This document shows, one piece after another, positions 25,501 through 37,500 of a DNA stretch of 64,000 nucleotides. Both the position numbers and the translations under genes were made by a program. Each line of letters starts with the position of its first letter. Positions within the stretch are counted from its first letter, which is position 1. The notes below the pieces were generated by a model. It did no database searches, was not told where the DNA came from, and saw only the letters and a program-made list of their open reading frames with translations. The DNA comes from Mustelus asterias (Eukaryota), in the NCBI RefSeq assembly GCF_964213995.1, contig NC_135801.1, positions 134,354,001-134,418,000 on the forward strand. The letters run 5' to 3'.

Positions 25501-28500
25501 CTAAATTACTATGCCTTGTGATATACTCTTGTGGTAACTTTGGTGGCAGTTTACTAAAATGCCCTGACTCTTGGCTCAGACTTGAATACACTGAATTGGG
25601 GCCTGGCATGGCATTCCAATTCAGGCTTGGAAGAGCAGAGTCATGCCACTGCTCACAAGGCCAATGGCACAAACAAGGTGAAGCAAGCAGCAGAGATTTC
25701 AAATGCCATAATTCCAATGTTTTTGACCTCCAGACCTGAAAGAATAAGGTTAGCATTTGTACATCATATCTGGCTAAAGAACAGCGAAAGCAGAGATCCA
25801 CTATGGATCCATCCCTTGCGCTCCCTAGCAGGCCACTCTGTAGCCCAAACATTCTGGCTCTCCAATATGGCAGGTGGTTTAGATGTACCCCTAGTGGTAG
25901 ATCTTGCAAAGATCTCTACTCTCCCTGACCATTAAAACTTTAGTGGGGTCAGGTGTGGAGGTTCTTGGCAGTTACACTCAGCACCAACAATTTGAGCTGA
26001 ATGTTCAAAAGTTTCCTTTGTTTAATTAGCCACACTGAACTTACAGCACCTTAGAAGGGGCTGGGGGCATGGTGGCACAATGGTTAGCACTGCTGCCTCA
26101 CAGCAGCAGAGTCCTGGGTTCGATTCCCAGCTGTCTGTGCAGAGCCTGCATGTTCTCCCCATGTCTGTGTAGGTTTCCTCCAGGTCTTTAGTTTCCTCCC
26201 ACAGGCTGAAAGACGTGCTGGTGAGGTGCATTGGCCATGCTAAATTCTCCCTCAGTGTACCCGAACAGGCCCCGGAGTATGGCAACTAGGGGATTTTCAC
26301 AGTAACTTCATTGCAGTGTTAATGTAAACCTACTTGTGACACTAATAAATAAACTTTAAATACAAAAAAAAACTTTGGTGTAAAGTCAAATGATTGGCGG
26401 GTTGAAGTACAGAGATGCCCAGCTTGGCACAGCACAGTTACAACAGCCTCCTCCAATGGTTCATTGGCATTTGCATCAGAGTCGAAATAGGAACACAACT
26501 GTGAGCAGGAATTTAAAAATTAAGCAAGTAAGTATGTGGATACAAGTTTTGACCAATTCTTAACGTACAGAAATGATCAACCTCAAAATAATTGGTGGGT
26601 AGAGGCGGGAGGTACAGGTAAGACCATGATTGGCCCATTGGCTTTTTTCATCATTGAGACACTTTGCTTCCCAAAAAGAGGGCGGAACTATGCACTGCTC
26701 AGGTGCCCTTGCTTGTGCCAGTGGCTGACCCAAGACATGAGAATGATCCAAATTCCAAGATTTGGGATATTGTCTTTGAACTGGGCAGGTGAAAGAGTGG
26801 ACCCAGGAACTTCAGGACCAATGGTTTTATCCTCTATGATAATAGAATAGTGAAGTTACATGTCCAACAGAAATGAAAGACACTTAAGAATGTGCAATTT
26901 ATTTACTGTTAGCAGGCATAGGTACGTTATCAAATTAATGTTCTGTTCTACAATGCAAAACTGTTCACATTTTCTCACCTGGTAAAATTGCAATCATCTT
27001 AAGTGCTCGGAAAGCCCTTAATGCTGATAATCCAGGAATTTTTGGAAATGCCAACGTCAAGTAACTGAAAATAAAGAAAGAATGTAATGCAACATTGGTA
27101 AATATAACAGAGCTGGTTTCTGGATTCAAACCTTTGAGTTTCACACACAGGCTGCACATTTTGGGAAATTATGGGCTTGCCGATTTCTGAGGCTGACAAG
27201 CAAGCCACTCACTTTTGGACATTGACCTCCTGGTTTTGCCAGTGAAGTTAGTATGGCTGACCAAAAATTTTATTTGCTTTTTGATTTAAGTGTTCACCAA
27301 CCTAAGTTCACCAATATCTGGCAAATTAATTTTCTACAACATGGCTGCCGCTTTCCTTTTCAGGAGGAAAGAATTTTAGGGAATGGTATGTGGTGCCTCG
27401 TATATAAAACATTGTTATAAAAGCAACAGAGTGCATGTAATGTGCCATTCCCACATCCTATGAAGTCCTAAGACCTGTGCCAGTTTCTTTTGACCAGGAT
27501 CCACATGTCGGAGGGGGGGTATCTAGGGTAAATAGATGGGGTTATGAGGATAGGGCCTGGGTGGAATTGTAGTCGGTGCAGACCCGATGGGCTGAATGGC
27601 CTCCTTCTACACTGTAGGGATTTTGTGATTCTATGCGTTACTTCTTCCATGTCAACACCATTAAAGGAGATGAAAAACTAAAAGTGATATTGTTGGCAGC
27701 CCTCTGATTTTCAACATGATGAAATGTATGACCTATCCGTGTGGCACAGTGGCACAGTGGTTAGCACTGCTGCCTCACAGCGCCAGGGACCCGGGTTCGA
27801 TTCCCGTCTTAGGTCACTGTCTGTGTGGAGTTTGCACATTTTCCCTGTGCCTGCGTGGGTTTCTTCCGGGTGCTCCAGTTTCCTCTCACAGTTCAAAGAT
27901 GTGCAGGGTAGGTGGATTGGCCATGCTAAATTGCCCCTTAGTGTCAGTGGTACTAGCATGAGGTTGTGGAGATAGGGTTTGGGTGGGATTGTGGTCGGTG
28001 CAGACTCGATGGGCTGAATGGCCTCCTTCTGCACTATAGAGATTCTATGATTCTATGATTGAAACTGAGACTGGACTAATTACAAGATTTATTAACTTTA
28101 GAAACCTACACATCTGAAAGTCTGGAGGACAGTAGAATGCGCTGGTAATGTGGCCACTGAGGATATGTGTTGTTTGAATAAAAATGTGAAGGAAGTATCA
28201 GCGGTGCTAATTCAGGAGGGAGATGCTCCGACACAAAAGGCTTGATGTCAACTGTCAGGATAGACCTGCTAAAGATATTATGATTTGTAGCTGCCAATTC
28301 TACACAGCAGTGCTCAGTGAACTGAGGAGGCTAAATTGCATATACTACAAGTGAGGATCTAGTTGAAAAATGCCAAGGAGAAAGTAATAAAATGTCACTT
28401 ATCCTGCCTCTCAAGCTTCTTTGCTGGGAAGATGGCAACACATTTGAATGCACTCTGCCTTCCATTTGGTGAGCTGCTGCTTAGCTGTTGAATCATAAGA

Positions 28501-31500
28501 AATTATTCAAAATGGGCGGCATGGTGGCACAGTGGTTAGCACTGCTGCCTCACAGCGCCAAGGATGCAGGTTCAATTCCGGCCTCGGTCACTTCTGTGCG
28601 GAGTCTGCACATTCTCCCCGTATCTGCATGGGTTTCCTTCAGGTGCTCTGGTTTCTTCCCACGGTCCAAAGAAGTGTAGGTTAGGTTGATTGGCCATGCT
28701 AACATGACCCTTGTGTCAGGGGGATTAGCAGGATAAATGAGTGGGGTTATGGGAATAGGGCCTGGGTGCGATTAGTGGTCGGTACAGACTCGATGGGTCG
28801 AATGGCCTCCTTCTGTACTGTATGGATTCTATAAATGAGCGCTTGTTGGGACTTTCAAAAATACTTTGTACGTGAGATGGTTCGATAGTCAAGTAAGAAA
28901 GAAAACAATGCTCCACTTCCATCTGTTGTAGCATGAGATAAAACAATAGGAATGATTTTTGGCCCAAATGAAACTGGTGAAGGAACAATCTGTCAGAATG
29001 CCAAGTCAAAAAGCTGATCAACAACAAGGGCTTATGGTTCACTAGCTCTGAGCCAAAACTAAAGCTAATGCCAGTATTCATTAAATAAAAAGCGGGGAGG
29101 TGATGGCCCAATGGTATTATCGCTAGACTATTAATCCAGAAATTCAGCTAATGTTCTGGGGACCCGGGTTCAAATCCCGCCACGGCAGATGGTGGAATTT
29201 GAATTCAATATAAAATATCTGGAATTAAGAATCTACTGATACCCATGAAACTATTGTCAATTGTCAGAAAAACCCTTCTGGTTCACGAATGCCCTTTAGG
29301 GAAGGAAATCTGCCTTCCTTACCTGGTCTGGCTTACATGTGACTCCAGAGCCCCTGCAAGGGGGACTAGGGATGGGCAATAAATGTTGGCCAGCCAGCGA
29401 TGCCCATGTCCCACGAATGATTAGAAAAAATACAGAAAGATTTACTGCAGCAGAGGAGACCATTCAGTCTAGTATGCCCATAGCTGCTATCCAGTTAAAT
29501 CCCACCTTCCAGCTCTTGGTCCATATGACACCTCAATAAATATCCAAGTGTTTCTTTATATGTGATAAAGGTTTCTGTCACTATCACCCTTTCAGGCAGT
29601 GTGTATCAGACTCCCAATACCATTTGTGTGAAAATATCTCTCCTCAATTCTCCTCTAATTCTTCCAGCAATTAATTTGAATCTATATATTCTTCCTGGGT
29701 ATAAATTCTTCCTGGGTATTGACCTCTCTGCTAAGGGAAATAGGTCTTTCTATCGAGGCTGCTCATAATTCTGTACAGCTCTGATCCAATGAAAATAACC
29801 CCAGTCTATCCAATCTTTCTTCTTAGCTAAAATTCTCCATTCCTGACAACATTCTGATAAATCTCTTTGTACCCAACATTATTAAAGACAAACTTACCTT
29901 AACATTGAGAGTGTGGACCTCAGAACTTTCGCACGTGCGCAGGCAATAAAATATACTCGACCTCAGCCTCACCAATCTACCAGTCACGGATGCATCTGTC
30001 CATGACAGTACTGGCAGGAGTGATCACTGCACAATCTTTCTGGAAATGAAGACTCATCTTCACACTCCCCATTGTGTGGCACTACCACCACGCTAAATAG
30101 GATAGATTTCGAACAGATCTTGCAACTCAAATGTGGGCATGCATTAAGTGCTGTAGGTCATCATCAGCAGCAGGACTGTGTTCAACCAAAATCTGTCAAT
30201 TTATGGCTCGATATATCTCCCACTTTACTATTACTACCAAGCTGGGAGATCAGCCCTGGTTTAATGAAGAGTGCAGGACAACAAACCAGGAGCAGCATCA
30301 GGCATACCTAAAAATGAGGTATCAACCCGGTGAAGTTACAATACAGGACTACATGTATTACAAACAGCATAAGCAGTATGCGATAGCTAAGAAATTCCAC
30401 AACCAACGGATCAACTCTAAATTCTGCAGCCCTGTCACATCCAGCTATGAATGTTGGTAGGCAATTACACAACTCACTGGAGGAGGACATTCTGCAAATA
30501 TCCCCATCCTCAATGACGGGGGAGCCCAGCACATCAGTGCAATATACAAGGATGAAGCATTGGCAATCACCTTTAGCCAGAAGTGTCGAGTGGATGATCC
30601 ATCTCAGCCTGCTCTAAAGGTCCCTAGCTTCACAGATGACACTATTCAGCCAATTCAGTTCAATCCACGAGGCATCAAGAAACGGTTGGAAGCATTGGAT
30701 ATTGCAAAGGCTATGGGCCCTGACAACATTCTGGCAAGAGTACGGAAGACTTGTGTTTCAGAACTTAGCCAAGCTGTTCCAGTACAGCTACAACACTGGC
30801 ATCTATGCAGCAATGTGGAAAATTGCCCAGTTATGTCCTGAATACAAAAAAAGGACAATCCAACCCAACCAAATATCACCCCATTAGCCTACTCTCGACC
30901 AACAGCAAAATGATGGAAAGTGTTTTGACGACAGTGCTATCAAGTGGCACCTACTCAGCAATAACCTGCTCACTGACGCTCAGTTTGGGTTCTGTCAGAG
31001 TCACTCAGTTCCTGACCTCATTACAACTTTGGTCAAAACCTGGTGGGCAATTACACAACTCACTGAATTGTCCAGACAAAAGAGATTAACTCAAGAGGTG
31101 AGGTAAGACTGCCTGCTCTTGACATCAAGATAGCATTTGACCGAGTGTGGCATTACATGAGCCCTAGCAAAACTTGGGTGAATGGGAATCAGGCGGAAAA
31201 ACCTCAACTGGTTGGAGTCATACCTGACACAGAGGAAGATGGTTGTAGTTGTTGGTGGTCTATCATCTCAGCAGGTGTCGCTCAGGGTCGTGTCTTAGGC
31301 CCAACCATTTCAGCTGCTTCATCAGTGACCTTCTCCATCATAAGGTCTGAAGTGGGGATATTCACTGATACCTGCACAATGTTTGTGACTCCTCAGATAC
31401 TGAGCAGTCCATGTCCAAATGTTGTAAGACCGGGACCATGTCGGTAAGGTAATTCATTTTGGAAGGTCTAATACAGATGGGAAATATATAATAAATGGCA

Positions 31501-34500
31501 GAACCCTCAAGAGTATTGATAGGCAGAGGGATCTGGGTGTACAGGTACACAGGTCACTGAAAGTGGTAAGGCGGGTGGAGAAGGTAGTCAAGAAGGCATA
31601 TGGCATGTTTGCCTTCATCGGCCGGGGCATTGAGTTTAATAATTGACAAGTCCTGTTGCAGCTTTATAGAACCTTAGTTAGGCCGCACTTGGAATATAAT
31701 GTTAATTCTGGTCGCCACACTACCAGAAGGATGTGGAGGCTTTGGAGAGGGTACAGAAAAGATTTACCAGGATGTTGCCTGGTATGGAGGGCATCAGCTA
31801 TGAGAAGAGATTGGAGAAACTTGGTTTGTCCTCACTGGAACGACGGAGGTTGAGGGGTGACCTAATAGAAGTCTACAAGATTATGAGGGGCACGGACAGA
31901 GTGGGTAGAGTCATAGAGGTTTACAGCATGGAAACAGGCCGTTTGGCCCAACTTGTCCATGCCACCCTTTTCTTTAAACCTCTAAACTAATCCCAATTGC
32001 CTGCATTTGGCCCATATCCCTCTATACTCATCTTACCCACGTAACTGTCTAAATGCTTTTTAAAAGACAAAATTGTACCCGCCTCTACTACTACCTCTGG
32101 CAGCTTGTTCCAGACACTCACCACCCTTTGTGTGAAAAAATTGCCCCTCTGGACATTTTTGTATCTCTCCCCTCTCACCTTAAATCTATGCCCTCTAGGT
32201 TTAGACTCCCCTACCTTTGGGAAAAGATATTACAAGTGTGGCCTTACCAATGTCTTGTATAACTTCAACAAAACGTCCCAACTCCTGTATTCAATGTTCT
32301 GACCAATGAAACCAAGCATGCTGAATGCCTTCTTCATCACTCTGTCCACCTGTGGCTCCACTTTCAAGGAGCCATAAACATGTACCCCTAGAGTAGTCAG
32401 AAGCTTTTTCCCAGGGTAGAAGAGTCAATTGCTGGGTCATAGGTTTAAGGTGCAAGGGGCAAAGTTTAAAGGAATGTATGAGGCAAGTTTTTTCTTTTAC
32501 ATAGAGGGTAGTGGGTGCCTGAAACTCGCTGCTGGGAGAAGTAGTAGAAGCAGATACGATAGTGACTTATAAGGGGTGTATAGACAACTACATGAATAGG
32601 AAGGGAATAGAGGGATATGGTCCCCGGAAGGGTAGGGGGTTTTAGTGCAGATAAGCAGCATGTTCGGTGCAGGCTTGGAGGGCCGAAGGGCCTGTTCCAG
32701 TGCTGTAATTTTCTTTGTTCTTTGTTCTTTGTATATCTAGGCTTGGACTGAGAAGTGGCAAGTTACAGATGTGCCTGCAAGTGACTGTCTCTAGCAAGAG
32801 AGAATCCAACCATCTACCCTTGACATTCATTGGCATTACCACCACTGAATCCCACACTATCAACATACCATTGACCAGAAACTGAACTGAACTAGCCAGA
32901 AAGGTACTGTGGTTACCAGCGCAGGTCAGGAATCCTGTGGGGAGTAACTCACCTCCTGACTCCCAAAAACCTGTCCGTCATCTACAAGGCACGTCAGGAT
33001 TTGTGATGGAAAACTCTCCACTTACATGGTTGAGTGCAGCTCCAGTAACACTTAAGAAGATCCACACCATCCAGAACAAAACAGCTGGCTTGATGGGTAC
33101 CCCATCTACACCTTGAACAGTCACTCCCTCCACCACTGATCACAGTGGTAGCAGTGCGTACCATCTACACGATGCTCTGCAGCAACTCACCGCTTTGACA
33201 GTATCTTCCAAACCCACAACCGCAACCACTTAGAAGCACAAAGGCAGCAGATGGAACACCACTCCAGCAATTTCCCCTCCAAGTCACACACCATCCTGAC
33301 TTGGAGATATATTGCATTTACTTCACTGTCGCTGGGTCCAAATCCTGGAACTCGCTCCCTAACAGCATTGTGGGTGTACCTACATCACAGGGAATTCAGC
33401 GGTTCAAGAAAGAAGCTCACCACCACCTCCTTCTCAAGGGCAGTTAATAACGGGCAATACCCGCTGGTATAGCCACTGAAGCCCACTTTTGTTAAAGAAT
33501 CAATTAAAAACCTACTACTGCAGCTAGAAATTTCTGTTTTAATGGTCAATACCATTTTACAGTCTTTCTGCCAATTTGATATTCTTTGGGTTTGCATTCC
33601 TGCACTCCTCGAGGTAAGAGAAAATGTTTCCTGGAGTCCTTGAGATCCTGGACTTGTTCACTGCCGGAGTGACCCAGAACATAAGATCATTGGAATCTAC
33701 AGAATTGGAAAATACTATTTTGATCCATCTGGTTTACACCAGTGTTCAAATATGAATGCATTAAATGCCTGTCCATATGATTTTGAACTGAATGGAGACC
33801 CTTAGTGCTCTTCTCCTTCAATATGTCTCAATGAAAGGAATGGTCCCAAGCATCTCCATTGGAAACATTAGGTTCCATGCTTGGTCTGAGAGCTGAGTTG
33901 ATGCTCAGTGGTCTCCAGAAACTGTACCACAGCCTGGACCACAGAACAGTTGACTAATTGTGTTGTCTCCCAGGTTCTACAGTTTTAGTGTTCCCTCTTC
34001 CATTATCTAAGGATCACATTGTCTCTTGTTGGCGACATGCAGAGAGGGAGAGCTAATCTGGCAGCTCTTTCTGTGTGATTTGAGACCTGACCCGGTAGCA
34101 TATTCTTTCTCCATATAATGGTCGAAATACATTTAAGAAAAAGATACTCCACTTAAACTTTTTCTTAGCATTACATGATTTGGAAATCTTGCTGCAACTC
34201 ACATCTCTTTCAGCTCGGAGGAAGATAAACTATATTGTGAGTCACTTCACATGGATCTCACACAACTCCCAGCGGTTAAATAATAGACATTGGCAGAATT
34301 GTAGGAGCAATTTTCTCTTAAAAGTCACTGAGATACGAACAGATTACATTATTTAGCTCAAACCAAAAACATGGACCCTATTATTTTCAATAGAAATGTT
34401 TGAGACTGTTACCCATCAGTGGGATACCAGAGGAAACATATAATTAAAATAATCAAAAATGTAAATAAATCAAATTTGGCAGAATAAATGTCATGTTGCT

Positions 34501-37500
34501 GATCTTGAATACTCCTCCAAATACTCAAAGTTAACAAATATTCTATTCATTTTTTTCTGGAAATAACACTGAAAGAAGTTGGCATTTTACTTTTTTATTC
34601 TTTAAGCTATTTTATGCTTCTACATACTTTTTAAGTTCATTCTGTTTTTCAAATAATTCTGAAGTTAATAGTGCAAACCTATTAAATGTCACTGAAGCAA
34701 AACATCCTTGCCAAAAATCAGCCCTCAGGAATCAGCCTCGGACAATTGCTTACAATTGTAAGCAAAATCTGCAGTTGCTAAAATCTGCAGTTGCAAAACA
34801 ACTTTGAAATGCTCTTGGAGAAAGAAAATATACTCATTATCTTTAGAACAATAACAACGTTTAACTTACGCCAACAAAACTACTGTAAAGTCCAACCAGT
34901 TCCAGGGATTCCGGAGGTACGAAAACGTATGTAGTGCAAAGCCTCGGGACAGGACCTTAATAATTACTTCTAATGTATATATTCCTGTAAAGATGAGACT
35001 AAACAGATAAATAAAGCGTTAAGACAATATAAACACAAGTCATTTTAATCTGATATAACTTACTCATTTAAGTAAATCTTATTTACTAACTTCTTTAAAG
35101 TTCTGGTTGCAATTAACTTCAGCTGTTTATGGGGGGGGGGAAGCATTCAACACTTAGCAATTGTTGGAAAGAACAACAAAAAGGCAACTTGATGCATAAC
35201 AAAGACTTAAGGCGCTAATAATTACTATCATAACACAAATGCATCGGGAAAAATGTACTCTCTTGTGGATGGAAATGTAATGTAAAAGGAGGGGCCAAAA
35301 AGGAAGACAATTTGAACTCAGAAAACTGCTATTGACAAAAATGCAACTTTTTGCTTAGAAGAATCTGATCTATAACTTTGTTGCTTATTTTGTTTAAGTG
35401 CAAACAAAACTTCAATGCTTATCCTTAAATAACTCATATTTCTAAAAAGGAAAACTTTCTGTATTAATACCAAAGCCATCACCGAATACTATTACCACGG
35501 GCGGCACGGTAGCACAGTGATTAGCACTGCTGCTTCACAACGCCAGGAACCTGGGTTCGATTCCTGGCTTGGGTCACTGTGTGGAGTTTGGTGGCTGAAC
35601 ATTCTCCCCGTGTCTGTGTGGGTTTCCTCCGCATGCTCCGGTTTCCTCCCACAGTCTGAAAGATATGCTGGTTAGGTGCATTGACCCGAACAGGCGCCGG
35701 ACTGTGGCGACTAGGGGAATTTCACAGTAACTTCATTGCAATGTTAATGTAAGCCTTACTTATGACGAATAAAAAAACTTTACATTACCAAAGGTGAGTA
35801 TTTTCTCAATTGTGGGACTAAACCATTCAGGTTATAGAATAGTCTAGTTCTGATGTTGCATCAGTAGTCTTAGCAACCTTGAAGTAGAGACAGGTAAACA
35901 AACTACCAGGGTTCCCATTCCTGATTGTGATAAGTGACTGGAATGTAGAAGTGTTTGGCTATTAGGTGAGTACAGAATGACCAAATAGGCTACTGACACA
36001 AGTGAGTACATACAATGGATTTAGATAACATTTTAATATTTTTTCTATGCCTTGTGCTTTTCTGATTCGCCCATGTGTTGTTCTGTCTCAATATCAGTCC
36101 CTCTGTTGCTTCTCTCTCCTGGTATTCCTCTGTCACCATTAACATTATCCCCTTCCTGGTTTCATCTCTTTTTCTAAAATAGTGTAAATTCATGGACTCT
36201 GTGGTTCCAGCAGAGAGCCAGATGTCAAGGAAACACAAAGTGATTAATCATTGTTACAGTTTTCTAGCCCTGTCTTTGGCCCATTCTCCTGTGTCTTCCT
36301 GCTGAAAGCACAGAGCTGGCCAATTAACTTCCCTGTCTCATGCTGCCTGAATTGTTTTCCTGCTTCACTCCATGAAAAAGGAAAATGTCCATAGAAATAC
36401 TAAATAGAGATGGACAGCTAGAGAGAGGGAGAGAGAGGAAACATTTTTTTAAAAACTACCCAAGCAAACTAAGTGATTCAGATGTTAATATAACCCAGAA
36501 GTGCCTTTTAACAATTATCTGAAGCTGGGACAAGGGAGTGCCATTAAATTGTTCTTAGGTGCTTATTATATTTTCCCCCTTTCAAACTATGGATAGAGAC
36601 AGGAAGTGCTAATCCTGCTTTCAGCAAGGGTCATTTCATACATCAGCAGCCAGATTGCCTCAGGCAGCTGATCAATGATCACCATTGATGACTGTTATCA
36701 CTACAAGTTTATTGAGTGATTAAAGTTTGCAGTTTATTAAAAGAAAATAACTATTATTTTCCGTGCTTTCAATGAGTACACAGCTTGACATGGAATGGAG
36801 ATGATATTCAACCTGGCAATGCCAATGCTTCAAAGTAAACTTTTATCTTTATCACTTGACAATGATATAATGGAATGGATTGCTTGCATATTATAAAATG
36901 CATCTGATTCTCATCCTATTGACTTCACTGGATTATGGACCATATAGAATTATGGAGAACTTTATAGAACAAAAAGAGGCCATTCAGCCTAGCTTGTCCC
37001 ATGTATGTGCTCCACATGAGCCTCCTCCCAATCTGACCTTATCATTGTATCTTTCTGTCCCCTCCGCCCCTCTGCACTTATCTTGCTTCATCTTAAATCT
37101 AACTGTGCTGATGCCTCAACCACTCCCTATGGTAGTGAGTTCCACATTCTCATCATTCTCTGAGTAGACATCACATAGTGAATAATGAGATTTACTTCCA
37201 TGTATCTTAATCTTTCAACGGGTTTCAGCATAAATAACTTTAATATCTCAATTCAGGGCTATTTACTAAAAGTATAATGCCCCACTAAATAAAGAACTAA
37301 ACAAATATGCTGTCAAAAATTTACCATTCCTTATAATAAAGGGTCATTTTGTCTGTAGTCTGCTTTCATAAGAGCATAAATCCCAGACAGGGCTGTAATA
37401 TTCTGATTGCATGACCTGTAATCCTATCTAATGCAACATCACATGAAGAACAGATACTACAATAAATTACCAGTAAGATACACAATAAAGAATCAGATAG

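Noticed and set aside
27741-27815. tRNA-like sequences at SINE heads (also 26066, 28514, 29094, 35499, 40877)
   Set aside because: They continue into SINE bodies and tails; no complete cloverleaf tRNA gene is evident.
29893-29945. S4-like LRT..KVLRS with a GTAAGT donor as a duplicated alternative DI-S4 exon (as in Nav1 5A/5N)
   Set aside because: It needs a frameshift, has no acceptor, and sits between repeat fragments.
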